NCBI RefSeq assembly: GCF_964355755.1
Contig: NC_092677.1
Location: 332,101-396,100 of the forward strand
DNA: 64,000 nucleotides
Reading direction: 5' to 3'
DNA from: Antedon mediterranea
Taxonomy: Eukaryota > Animalia > Echinodermata
Under the pieces are notes generated by a model, which worked only from the letters and a program-made list of their open reading frames with translations, made no database searches and was not told the origin of the DNA. Position 1 is the first letter of the stretch. Each line of letters starts with the position of its first letter. Shown piece by piece: positions 13,955-33,788 of the stretch. Made by a program: the position numbers and the translations under genes.

Positions 13955-14580
13955 ATGTTTTTCTTTCGCACCTGCCTTTCTTGTACTTTGACTCCAAATT
14001 TGTTAACTGACTTTATCCTGAATACCACACTTTAAAATTAGGACTTATAAGTACTTTCAGAAGGAGAAACACATATACTGTAACTCCTCCCATGCTCAAT
14101 GTTTTTGTTTCTATGGAGCGCCAAAAGAGCAACAATAATAGAACAAGTATAAAAACAGAAAGAAAACGAAACAAAAAAAAAACTTATTATCATGATTTTT
14201 AAATTAAAATTTATTTGCGAGTATTTATTTCTTCGTACTAGCATGATTATACTATTTTCATTTTAATTTTACATTGTTCCATCCACACTGTAGATGGACT
14301 CCACAGAGTTTTCAGCCCTCTATATAATTTTTGCTCTTTTGACGTTCCATAGAAACAAAAACATTGAACATTGGGTAGGCCTACTGTACTGTAGGTAGGC
14401 TAGTCATGCAAAATTCGCAAACAGTATGTGTGCGAGAAAAACGTCTTTAAAATCATCAATTTAAAAATGTATTTGTTACTTTTTATGTGATTCTTTTTCA
14501 TAAAAGTGCTAATTCTAAGGTGTGGTATTCAGAATAAATGTTGGGAGTTAAAATACAAGGCAGGTGCGAAAGATAAATAT
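13955..14580. mobile_element. Degenerate foldback (long inverted repeat) element
   Basis: TCTTTCGCACCTGCCTT...GAATACCACAC pairs with GTGTGGTATTC...AAGGCAGGTGCGAAAGA, and CAATGTTTTTGTTTCTATGGA..CAAAAGAGCAA pairs with TTGCTCTTTTG..TCCATAGAAACAAAAACATTG. Confidence 0.65.
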
Positions 14581-15332
14581 TGTAATCTTAGGTCTTGGGT
14601 CTTAGCTTTTGTGGTCTTAGGGGGTCTTAGCTTTCGTGGTCTTAGGTTTCGTGACACCCCAGCGCCACCACCCTAAAAATACACAAGTATACTCTACAGT
14701 ATGTACTAACTAGAAGAATACTGTACATTACTGTATGGAAATACATTATTGATTAAATTGAATAATTATAAATAAAGGAGACATCACAAACACAGCTTAA
14801 TTTTAATTACTGTTTACCGAAATCATCAGCGATATAAATTGCTAACAAACAGTTACCAGAATTCCACTGGAAACAATAATCTCCAGTTTCTAATTGTATG
14901 TGAATGAATTTTGAAAAACATACTTTTAGGGAAAGTTGCATCTTGGGTTATTTTAAAGGTGACTTTAGGTACTGTACGAGTACCTTAAGAATCATAGGAC
15001 AAAATACAGAACAACAACTAGTAAAATATTGTTAATAATTAGGAGTATAAAAAATGTAAAAACTTGCAGCAGCATTTATTGTCATATGATACCTGATGAT
15101 GCTGGTACCCAGTATTTTGGCGGAATAACCACTTACCATTGTACAGTATAATACATTTATATTATATTGCAAAAACAAATTTTTTTTTTTTAAATCATGA
15201 ATTTTGTTGAGGGTACTTTCATCAGTGGAAAATTAATTCCATTTATTGACTTAGTTTATGACTTTCTTTTTGTAGAATTCATAGTAAGATAACTAGATTA
15301 CTGTATTCTTCTCTGAAGTTGGTGTTAAGTTT

Positions 15333-15822
15333 ATTAATGAGATACAGTACATGGCCCATCCATTATAAATAGAAGGTTGATATTAATGAGATACAGTACA
15401 TGGCCCATCCATTATAAATAGAAGGTTGATATTAATGAGATACAGTACATGGCCCATCCATTATAAATAGAAGGTAGATATTAATGAGATACAGTACATG
15501 GCCCATCCATTATAAATAGAAGGTAGATATTAATGAGATACAGTACATGGCCCATCCATTATAAATAGAAGGTTGATATTAATGAGATACAGTACATGGC
15601 CCATCCATTATAAATAGAAGGTTGATATTAATGAGATACAGTACATGGCCCATCCATTATAAATAGAAGGTTGATATTAATGAGATACAGTACATGGCCC
15701 ATCCATTATAAATAGAAGGTTGATATTAATGAGATACAGTACATGGCCCATCCATTATAAATAGAAGGTTGATATTAATGAGATACAGTACATGGCCCAT
15801 CCATTATAAATAGAAGGTTGAC
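15333..15822. repeat. Minisatellite, 49-bp unit x10
   Basis: ATTAATGAGATACAGTACATGGCCCATCCATTATAAATAGAAGGT(T/A)GAT repeated almost perfectly. Confidence 0.97.
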
Positions 15823-15952
15823 ATTATTTATAAACCCCCATCATTTGAAATGGACAAAAACACTCATTTGTGTAATTCATAATCAAAATATAATAGAGTA
15901 GTGTGACAGACAGACAACACAGCATGTCACCATGTACTGCAACATTGTAAAG

Positions 15953-18503
15953 GGGTATTGCTAAACCCCCGCAAACCTAAAAAAAAACATAGCAAACCCC
16001 ACCGAACCAACATAAAAGTGATTGAATAATGTAGTGTACGACCCACTGGGTATATAAATTATTAAATTTCTACTGTTAACTACTTTTTTGGGGATAAAAC
16101 ATCATTTTTTGGTTAAAAATAAGCAATCATTTTTGACCAAAAATTGATGTTTTACCCCAAAAATAAGTAGTTAACAGTAGAAATTTAATATTTTTTTTAC
16201 ATGGATATACCCAGTGGGTTGTACACTACATGTAATGATTCAATCACATTTATGTTGGTTCGGTGGGGTTTGCTATATTTTTTTGGAGGTTTGCAGGGTT
16301 TAGCAATAGGTATCCCAATGAAAAAATTCAGATTAATTTTTTTACATTTTCTTTCAGTTAACCATAAAGAACTTAATGTAATTAGCATTTTGCGATTTAA
16401 ATGATTGAAATCCGATTACCCGTTCTAAAGTTATGGTTATTTAAAGTGGTAAAAAAATATACGATTTTTTGCCTAAAAATTGTGTTTTTTGCAGTTGAAA
16501 TTGGAAGCATTTTTAAAAGGTTATAACTTTTACAATAATTAGTTAAAAGTTTTGAATTTTGTTAAACCTATAGATATCACAGAGTTGTACAACTCTATTT
16601 TTTTTGGAGCCTCAACGAAACCTATTTTTTAAATTATTTGTCCGCAAAGTGGTAGGAAAGCATTTAACGCCCATTTTTGCTGGAATTCCCTAAAAAATGA
16701 AAAAACTGCAATTTTTCAATGATCTGTAACTTTTGAACTACTGTACTAATTCATTTAATTTTTTTTGTACTTGTTAGAATGTAGTGTATATTTCATTAAT
16801 AAATATATTTTAGATGTGTATATGAAAAAAAAAAATTTTTTTAATGGTGAAATTTAAAATTATAAAAAGAAAAAATGAAAAAGTATGTTAAAAATGGTGT
16901 GTACTGTTTCCTTTCTTTTACACTAATTTTCGGTAAGTATAATTATTAGAATATTTTAATATACTTTATATTTATAATTTCAATCATAAATACTATTATA
17001 TATAACTTTTGAATACGTAAAACAAGATTTTAGGCCCATATGATTATGACACCAAATCTAAGCTAAGTAAGATATGCTCTTTGAGGCAAACGCACACAAT
17101 ATGGGTCAAAATAAACTCATTTAAAATAATCAATGTTAATTAAAACAATTAATTGTTTACCTGAATAGTATATATAACATTATAAAAATTGTTTTCTTTT
17201 CGTATTATTACGTTATTAAATTGAAATACGGAGCTAAAGTTTAGGCCAAGTCACGGCTTACTCGCGATCAGTAGTCGCTCCGTTAAAGTATTTCGGTCGC
17301 AGTTAATGACTTTCGGCCGCCGTATACAGAGTCAAATGTAACGTTGGTAAATTAGCTTAATAAATTTCCTCGGTACATTTTAACCTAACGCATTTGCATT
17401 GTATACTTGCATAATAAATCTTCCGCACATTACATCAATTTTAAGTTGTTAAATTAATGTGTAAAACCAGATATTCTACGACGGAAAAGGACATGTCAAT
17501 CTCCGACATCGCTGCTGTCACACATCTCGCGTCGAGCCGGTCGAACTCGAGCGAGGGGAAAACTAAACAACGTGTTCAAAATATGGAACGTACCATTCGC
17601 TGATAGGGTGCATTAATGTATTTAACGGAAAACGCCACAACAAACACGCGCGTATTTTAGAGTACAATATTTTACTCACTACAATATTCACCGGATTATA
17701 ATGGTTGGATCTTTAAAATTTTGAACGGGATTTACGCCTCATGCACCATTTTAAAATGTAGTTCGCTCAATTACCATGCACAATACGTTTGTAAACTATG
17801 TTTTATCGATTTCAATGTAGATTTAGCTATAATTTAATACCAAAATCCATAATATTTTTCCATAAACGGTGAATCAAAATTGGATTTTTGTCACAAAAAT
17901 TGACTTTTCGTTACGAAAAACCTATTTATAGAAGACGATTTTCGTATCAAATTAAAGCTTATTTAAAGCCTGATAACATACAACAAAAATTAATCCGCTA
18001 GCTCCAATGGTAATCGTGCGATCGTGTTTTGAAAACTGATGGGGATTTTCCGATGAGGTTTTCAACGCGCGGAAATCGGCTCGACGGGATTTTAGAACCG
18101 TTTTAAAATCGCATTTTCTCGGCAACTAATTCATTAATTTTAATTATAAACACACTTATACAAAGATTAAAACAAGTACTTTCAAACAATATAAATTTTG
18201 TAAGTATTAATTAAGATTGAATACGATTTATTTAACATCAAAGTCATACTACTTTTTCGAATTTCGTCAATATTTCAAAAGTGATACCCCTCTGTGCGCT
18301 TTCATTGGGATACCTATTAGCAATCATTTTTGACCAAAAAATGATGTTTTACCCCAAAAATAATTAGTTAACAGTAAAAATGTAATATTTTTTTTACATG
18401 GATATACTCAGTGGGTTGTACACTACATGATTCAATCACTATTATGTTGGTTCGATGGGGTTTGCTATGTTTTTTTGGAAGTTTGCGGTGTTTAGCAATA
18501 CCC
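15953..18503. mobile_element. MITE with GGG termini and 8-bp TSD (Merlin- or hAT-like), interrupted by a second element
   Basis: GGGTATTGCTAAA ... TTTAGCAATACCC with TSD TTGTAAAG at 15945-15952 and 18504-18511. The inverted arms are about 170 bp long. Confidence 0.8.
16307..18316. mobile_element. About 2-kb non-autonomous DNA transposon nested in the MITE arm
   Basis: Perfect TIR TAGGTATCCCAATGAAA / TTTCATTGGGATACCTA with TTAGCAA on both flanks. No long ORF inside. Confidence 0.8.
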
Positions 18504-18898
18504 TTGTAAAGCGAATCAGATGAAAATGTAAAAGTGAATTAGGTCAAACAAACAGTAGGTCAGAATTATAGCAAACTAAAGCCTTGTTCGCACTGGATTT
18601 GAAAACAAATTTCAATTATGTTGTAACTTTACCACCAAAGGCTATGTGTACTTTTGACCCCCGAGGAAGTCACTCTTAAATATTCTAATACACAGAGGTG
18701 CCACATTTACATGGTATACTGTATTTCCGAAGATTTCGTAGCACAAACGAGTCTGGAAATGGTGGGGTAAAATTTGTAGTCTCTGGCCTGTCCTGTACCA
18801 AAATGTCATGATTTATCATATAATTTTATCAGCTATACTGAATGCTAAGCCCATCGCTAAAGGGGCCCCTTGAATCAATGAAAACTAGCAGCCATTAT

Positions 18899-19012
18899 TG
18901 TTTCAGTTCAGTTTCAGTTTTTATTTTCCAATATAAACAAGTGTCATGAATATAAGCAAAAATGGAAGGATGACCAAAAAAGAGCAAAGCTCGTACAGTA
19001 TTTGGCCACCTT
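18899..19012 (-). mobile_element. Probable 3' tail of a LINE (CR1/L2-type)
   Basis: On the - strand there is a stem-loop-like segment, then AATAAA, then a (CTGAA)n-like tail (plus-strand TTCAGTTCAGTTTCAG). Confidence 0.4.
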
Positions 19013-22000
19013 AACAAAATAATTAATACATGATACAAACATAATTGAAGCACAGGACGAGACAATACTAGCTAAACATGTTGGCATATGAACTCAAAGA
19101 TAGATCACTAAGCCTGTCACGAACGGTTCCCCTTTTGCCGGGAACTACTGTACTTTGTACAAATATCGTGTCCTCTCTCCTGTGGCATTTTCCTGTCGAC
19201 TTGGTACAGTAGTACTGTACAAGTCCATATATTACAGTCTCGTGTCTCAAAGTGACTTCAAATTTACCCATTGATATTTTTATGATGAGGCAATCCCTTC
19301 ATTGATTATCGCAATTATAAGGAAAGATGAGATGGTCCCTATTGAAATTTCTAGCAGACAGACAGGAAAGTAACCTTTGACCTTAGACGAGACAAATGAT
19401 ATGCAGCGATATAGGAAAGTAGATGACACGAACTGCATATATTGCCACAAGCGCAATGACGACGACGTTTAAACTAATATTCGTGAAGAAATTGAAAATC
19501 TGTTAAAATCCTACAGGATTCCTAAATGATTGTAATAGCTTGTATAAAGCAATATTATTCAATCTGACTTAATTGTTCATTGCTTTAAATACTTCCTGGT
19601 AAAATATTCCACTTCAAAATATTAAGTAGAATAATATGTGTAAAACATTAGTATGTTTTATTAATAGGGAATAATATTTTTGTGTATATTTTTTCTAAAA
19701 AACAAAATTTCCCAAACAGCATTTTGTTTTATAAAGCAATTTGGTATTAATGGAAAGATCGAAGGTAAATGTTAAAATAAAGGGAAAAATGTAATTAAAA
19801 AATGTTTAAATACTAATTTCTAATCAAATTGAATTTTTAGTATAGAATGTACAGTAAGTGGGCAATGACCAGCAATGATTCTTTCATAGAATTTCAAGTT
19901 GATTCAACTGTTTGTTAATGCTGTTTTCACAGAATGCAATCAATGATTCTATACAAGTTCAATGATGAATATAAATTAAGGTTCATACTTCAACAATGCA
20001 CATTAAAAATACTATAGTAAAAAAAATGGCAAGAAAGGCTGAGACTTGTCTCATAATATAGAGTGTAGTAACAGTGAAACATTCAAACATGCAAGTCTTT
20101 ACTAAAAAACTAACAATATTTTTACAACATACAGTACAGTACTATTTAAAATATATTTACTTTAATTTAATGCTCTTAAGAAGTAAACAAACAAAATAAA
20201 AACAGTACTCGAACAGAGAAAGAGGCACCTGAAAATACCATTGCTAAATTACTTATTAGTAATTTTGTGATTGTATAACCAATCACTGAGGAACAAATTA
20301 ACAATAACAAATTAAATTTGTAGTTTTTTTTTTAGTGTAGAATACTACTACTACTATGCACAGTACTAACTACAGTATACATACTAGTGAACTTAAACTA
20401 GTGAACTTAATAATAATAATAATTTATTTGGAAAACGCTTTTTGAACAGCGGCACACATAATAATGGTGCATCCTTAAAACAATTAAACATACAATATAA
20501 AAATATATGAGTATAAAAAAAAAGATAGACTAGATTAAAACAGACTTGTTATTTAATAATTGGGTTATTTATAACATATTGTACGCAACAGAACGTGTTA
20601 ACTCATTCATTTCATTCATTTTTTTATTTCAGATAAATATCAATATAGAGAACATATTACTGTATACTGTACATAACAAAAATAAATGTGTATTGTGAGA
20701 AGTTAATTATTAACAAAAGGACCAACCAACCAAACACAACTGTTGATTTATTTTTGTTGTTTTGTTGTTCTATGTTTTGGTTTGTGTACTTTGTTGTTTA
20801 CAACCATTCACTCATGTTTCCTTTTGTATGGATGGTTTAACTTTGAAATTACTACTTATGTTTTGTATTGTTTTTAAATAGAGTGTTTTATAAATTAAGA
20901 TAAGTACTGAACTTAGCATTTAAAAGTATGTGACGAAATTAAGTTCAGTATAATATATTGCAAATAATAATCAGCAATTGTTGATTATTTTTAATATAAA
21001 TTAATTTAAATGATAATTTTTAGATAAGTTTAGTTTCCTTTCTTTTGCTTTATTTTTGAATAATATTATTTTGTAAACAGTATTAGGAAATGCAAGTCAT
21101 TTGATGCAATTAATTACATTGTGTCGAATCAGTCACTGTAAACATCCCTATTGATAAGAATGGAAGAATCCACATTAGTATAATAGAGCATAGGTTATGA
21201 GAATGCAGGTAGCAGCAAATGCATTGAATACTTGCATTCAAGCATTGCTTACCAAATGACCTTCAGTCTGAATGGTCCAACCTCCAGTTGACCTCTAAGA
21301 AGAACTAATACTAACCAATCAGATAAGAGAACAGAAATAGTAACAGTGTTGCCTATAGGAAAGCTGTCTGGGCGTGCGAGAAATGGCTGCAGAGTTTCAA
21401 TGATTTGTTTTTCTTGGTAAATTGTGAGAAATTATAGCTTACAAGGAGATAATATGATTATATACCAGTGTAACCAGTCATAACATGGACATGTTGATAA
21501 CAACAACATTCACAAGGGATTCTTGTATACAAGTGAAGTGCAACAGTATTGCGTCAAATTCAATGTGAATTAAGCAACCTTTTTCCTGGATTTAAATATT
21601 GTACGACACAACATACTTGTTTCCTGAGTGCAATAACTGACAGTAGCAGATTGTGTTTTATAGATGATACTTTTACAATTGAATTGATAACACTAATTTG
21701 ACTTGTGTATTGTATGAGTATATACAGTATGAGGATAATGTATAATTAATCAACTTTCATGAGTTAGCATATTTATTGCTATTCACTCAGTCTAGTGGTT
21801 TTCAATAACACTGTTGTCAATGGTTCGTTGATTTGGTAGTAGACAAACATAGTCTACGCCTGTTCTGGATATTATGATATTATGCTAGCCCGCGACGGTC
21901 CCCTTTTGTTAAATCGTATCGACATGGTACACAATGTTATGAATGGTCATTCTAATCGAACGCATCGACGTAAGTACATTTTCACACATCAATTTTTTTT

Positions 22001-22762
22001 TTATCATGAATATTTGAATATACTGTATAACATACTGATAATGCATTGAGAATTGACTATTGAAATTGATGTTCTTTTGACTTGATATAAACATGGTCAA
22101 AATAAACTTGAATTATCTACTGTTATTATAATTAGACTGGACAATGACATGACAGTGACTCAAGAATTAAACACAGTAATTTGATAAAAGAAATATTTAT
22201 TAAAATGAATCATTGATGATTCATGAGTTAGGCTAGAATATAGGATGAGTAATATTGTAGTAGTCCATTGCTACTGTGAAAGGAATCGTCTTAGCACTAC
22301 AGTATTTACTAACAGTTGTTTGGTTATAACCACGATGGTAATTCTACAAATAGTGTGTTTTGGCTTGTTGTAGTTGTACTGTAATGTATTGACTGCGATA
22401 CTGTATGTACAGTATACATTTATTTGTTGCTACTGTATTGTACTGTATATATTCATTTTTTTCATTCATTTATATGTCAGAGTTTTAGTAATAATTACAG
22501 TATTATTTAAACTCATTTTGAATTATTTTTAGACTGTACAGTAAGTTAAAGTAAATGTATAATTATTATTCACTGATATTGATTTGTTGTACACTCACTT
22601 GTGCATAATGTTGACAGGTCAATCTGTAAGGTCAATAACCTCTAATATTTCGGTATAAAGGAATACAGGTAGCATGTTGGTGCTGATGATCCAATAAATA
22701 TCAAAATGTCATGGCTTCAATATTTGGAGTTATCTTATGTTTGAATTTTTAAATACTGTAGG

Positions 22763-22840
22763 ACAATTCTAAGCATACAGTACAATTCTAAGCATACAGT
22801 ACAATTCTAAGCATACAGTACAATTCTAACCATACAGTAC
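22763..22840. repeat. Tandem repeat, 19-bp unit x4
   Basis: ACAATTCTAAGCATACAGT repeated. Confidence 0.9.
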
Positions 22841-23137
22841 TGTAAAGTACAATAATGTTGATGTTTTTTTAATCCTTATTCATTCAGTTTTTAGAAATCG
22901 TCATTGGTCCATTTCAAATCGTCATTGGTCCATTTCAAATATTTTGATATGATTTTATTAACTACAGGTACAGCTGAATATACTCTACAGTTACTTTGTA
23001 GAATTCTATTCAATACAATTTATTACATATTAAAATAGTTGTATATTACTGTACCCATTTATCGGATGTTTTGATGGTGTGAGGTTTACCTATACTGCAA
23101 GTTAGTAGGGTATTAGAAATTCTTTAATTGGGTTAGT

Positions 23138-23586
23138 TTTCAACCAATATTTTGGTTGTTCAATGTTGGAGAATACCTTATTAATCCAGTGTTTTGGTTG
23201 TTTTAGGGATACTCATTGAACCAATGTTTTGGTTGTTTTAGGGATACCCATTGAACCAAATGTTTTGGTTGTTTAGGGATACCCATTCAACCAATGTTTT
23301 GGTTTTTTGGGGAATACCCATTCAACCAATGTTTTGGTTGTTTAAGTGATACCCACTGAACCAATGTTTTGGTTGTTTAAGGGATACCCACTGAACCAAT
23401 GTTTTGGTTGTTTAAGGAATACCCATTCAACCAATGTTTTTGTTGTTTAAGGGATATGCATTCAACCAATCTTTTTGTTCTTCGGGGAATACCCATTCAA
23501 CCAATCTTTTGGTTCTTCGGGGAATACCCATTCAACCAATGTTTTGATTTTTTGGGGGATACCCATTGAAAAAATGTTTTGGTTGT
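23138..23586. repeat. Degenerate minisatellite, about 35-37 bp unit, about 12 copies
   Basis: Variants of TTCAACCAATGTTTTGGTTGTTTAAGGGATACCCA, with an internal AACCAA/TTGGTT inverted pair. Confidence 0.9.
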
Positions 23587-24348
23587 TAAGTAGTAGGGCA
23601 AATAGATCTACAGTATCTTTATACACAGTTTATATGTATCAGTAGACAATTTACAGTATATTAATAATAAAAGGTAGTGTTTAGTACCTATTGTTCATAG
23701 TGTTACAGTACATTTTAGTGTACTAAATAGCTTAAAAAGCTGAAAAAAAATATTAAAATAGGTTTATTTAAAGTAAGTTGGTATTTTTTGTATTATTAGT
23801 TGTTTCTATTGTTGTTATAGTGAGTACAAACCTGTTAAAGTCAGTTGAATATTAATAATGTATGGAATATTTACTGGTAGAGTAAGGAGTACCATATGAT
23901 GCTTGTGTGTGTGTGTGGGGGTGGAGAGGGTGTGTCCTATTTATAACAAAACCATATTTACTGGTAGGGTACTGTATGTACAATGCAATATAAAATTACA
24001 GATTATTTATTATTTAATACGATTTTGTTATTTGGGAAACAAATACACTGTATAGTGTATGTTCTGTAAATTTCAATGTTGTGTCCTGGCAATTTAAACG
24101 CTGTTTGACATTAATTTAAATAATACAAATTATCAAGAAGGTCTAAAAAAGTACATTATTTATACTGTTCAGAAATTGTAAATTAAGATAGAATCTCTTA
24201 TCAGTTTGTGTTGAAACAAGATGATTGTCTGTCAATTTACTAATGTGTCTAGGCTGCAGGATCTCATGGTGTTTTACCTGACCTAGATACTTTAAATTCC
24301 AAACTATCTCTCACTGCATATCTGACATACCTATAATCCACACTTTAC

Positions 24349-24507
24349 AGGGCTAGGCCCACAGTAGATTCCAGCCTAACTGACTTTTACAACATGCCTA
24401 GCATACCTGTTTTCCATTGGTGAGGGCTAGGCCCACAGTAGATTCCAGCCTAACTGACTTTTACAACATGCCTAGCATACCTGTTTTCCATTGGTGAGGG
24501 CTAGGCC
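24349..24507. repeat. Tandem duplication, 74-bp unit, about 2.1 copies
   Basis: AGGGCTAGGCCCACAGTAGATTCCAGCC... starts at 24349 and 24423, with a partial copy at 24497. Confidence 0.9.
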
Positions 24508-25122
24508 TTCTTCCCTTCCTTCATTGCATATTTTGAATACCTGCACATAGTAAAGACTAGACCTACAGTAGTTTTCATCCTTACCAACCTTTCATAACAT
24601 GCCTAACATACCTACTATCTATTTCCAGTATGAAGTAACTTCTATCCCTACAAGGGAATGTCAAAGGTCAAAATTTCCATCCCTACAAGGAATTGTCAAA
24701 GGCTGTAACAACATGTTGTCACCAACAGTGTTGTACATATTATTGTATTTATTTTTAAAAAACCTCATGTAAATAAATATTTTTTTGCATTTATTCACCT
24801 GTGCCATGTCATGTGTTGAACCTGAACTCACCTAAGCTGACGACATGTGTCATCATTGTATACAACATTATTACAGTAACACTAGTAAATAGAACAAGTG
24901 TACAGTACAGTATGACATTGTTATGGTATTTATCCTTATTTCTAATTAATTACTGTATTAAATTATAAGTTTCTTTTACAACTGCATTTTCCAGTTTACC
25001 TGTGTTAAATTAAATAGGAAAAAATTTACAATATTCAAAAACAGTACACATAGTTATCCAACAGTTGTACACAACAACAATGCAAAGATACTATTAAAAT
25101 ATCCATGACTGCTGTAGACAAC

Positions 25123-25512
25123 CTGTACATTAGTATACAGTAGTTCAATATACTGTACATTAGTATACAGTAGTTCAATATACTGTACATTAGTATACAG
25201 TAGTTCAATATACTGTACATTAGTATACAGTAGTTCAATATACTGTACATTAGTATACAGTAGTTCAATATACTGTACATTAGTATACAGTAGTTCAATA
25301 TACTGTACATTAGTATACAGTAGTTCAATATACTGTACATTAGTATACAGTAGTTCAATATACTGTACATTAGTATACAGTAGTTCAATATACTGTACAT
25401 TAGTATACAGTAGTTCAATATACTGTACATTAGTATACAGTAGTTCAATATACTGTACATTAGTATACAGTAGTTCAATATACTGTACATTAGTATACAG
25501 TAGTTCAATATA
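25123..25512. repeat. Perfect minisatellite, 30-bp unit x13
   Basis: CTGTACATTAGTATACAGTAGTTCAATATA repeated. It explains the spurious repetitive ORFs at 25035-25548. Confidence 0.97.
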
Positions 25513-26533
25513 CAACAATACAGGTATGAAAGCATGATAGCGTATCACAGTGTTTAATAAACGTCAAAATAATCGACTTGATCGAATAGGAGGTCGATGA
25601 AAGGCCAAGAGAAGAAAGCATGCAGTGATGTTCACATAATTTCATTACGCATTTGACAGGTCACACAGGGGTCAAATTATATTATATAATTTGATATAGC
25701 ATTCGTTAGTAGTCACGATGTACTCACTGTATCTATAGATTTGATTTATGCATTGATGATCAATTGCTGCTTCTTTTCTCAGTTTATAAATTATAGCATT
25801 ACAAATAACAATTCATAGTGTATTTATTTATGTCAACAATATTTTTTCTGAGGGTGGCCCAGTCAGCTGATCAGAACAATACAGACAATTTTATAAGTAT
25901 TGTATACATCTTAATAATAATTTACAAATTAAGATTATAAAATTAATTATTAGCCATCTGAAACTTATTCACATAGTTTTTTTGTGTAAATTATTATCAT
26001 ATTTTGAGCCCTGACTTACAGTACTGTAGCTTATTATTAAAATAAAACATTTTTAGAACTAGATATTTTGAACATAGTTTGTTAACCCATAATTATGAGT
26101 CAGAAAGTCAAATGCTATGTAACACAATAGATAACTGATTAATAATGAATCATCTTGATTACGTAGTCATTTCATTGTTAAAGAGACTTATTAAACTTGT
26201 ACTTAATATCAGGATCAAAACAAAATGATGAAATTACATTTGAAAAACAAACCTTACCTGTAGTAACAGTAGTTCTTGTAAGCAAAAACATTTACTGTAC
26301 TTAAAAGTAACTATAAAGTCGTTGGTACTTAAAAATAACGCTACAGTACTATAAAGGAAGCCTTAGTACTACTGTACCTCTCCTATTCTAACCAATACCG
26401 GAGTCGTTCAAAACAGTTACAGGTACTACTACTGTATCCCATAACCAGACCAAAACGTCCAAAATTCTAAAATTTTCCAAAAATATATTTCTCAAATTTG
26501 TGTCTATTAATTTAGTTGCATTTTTTTATTTAA

Positions 26534-33788
<7,255 letters not shown>

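Larger units (their letters stand above)
12570..14659. mobile_element. Non-autonomous DNA transposon (MULE/foldback-like) with about 85-bp TIRs built of CTAAGAC sub-repeats
   Basis: Left GGGTGTCACGAAACCTAAGACCACGAAAGCTAAGACC..., right ...GGTCTTAGCTTTCGTGGTCTTAGGTTTCGTGACACCC. Flanks are CAGCACCACC and CAGCGCCACC, a 10-bp TSD with 1 mismatch. Confidence 0.85.

Noticed and set aside
15333-15822. Possible CRISPR-like array (also 25123-25512 and 48528-48969)
   Set aside because: Units are contiguous with no unique spacers, the context is eukaryotic, and no cas genes are present.
21080-21210. Candidate upstream coding exon of DYRK1
   Set aside because: The frame compatible with the 26550 exon contains stop codons.
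25035-25548. Two ORFs of about 165 aa
   Set aside because: Artefacts of a 30-bp perfect repeat lacking stops in those frames.
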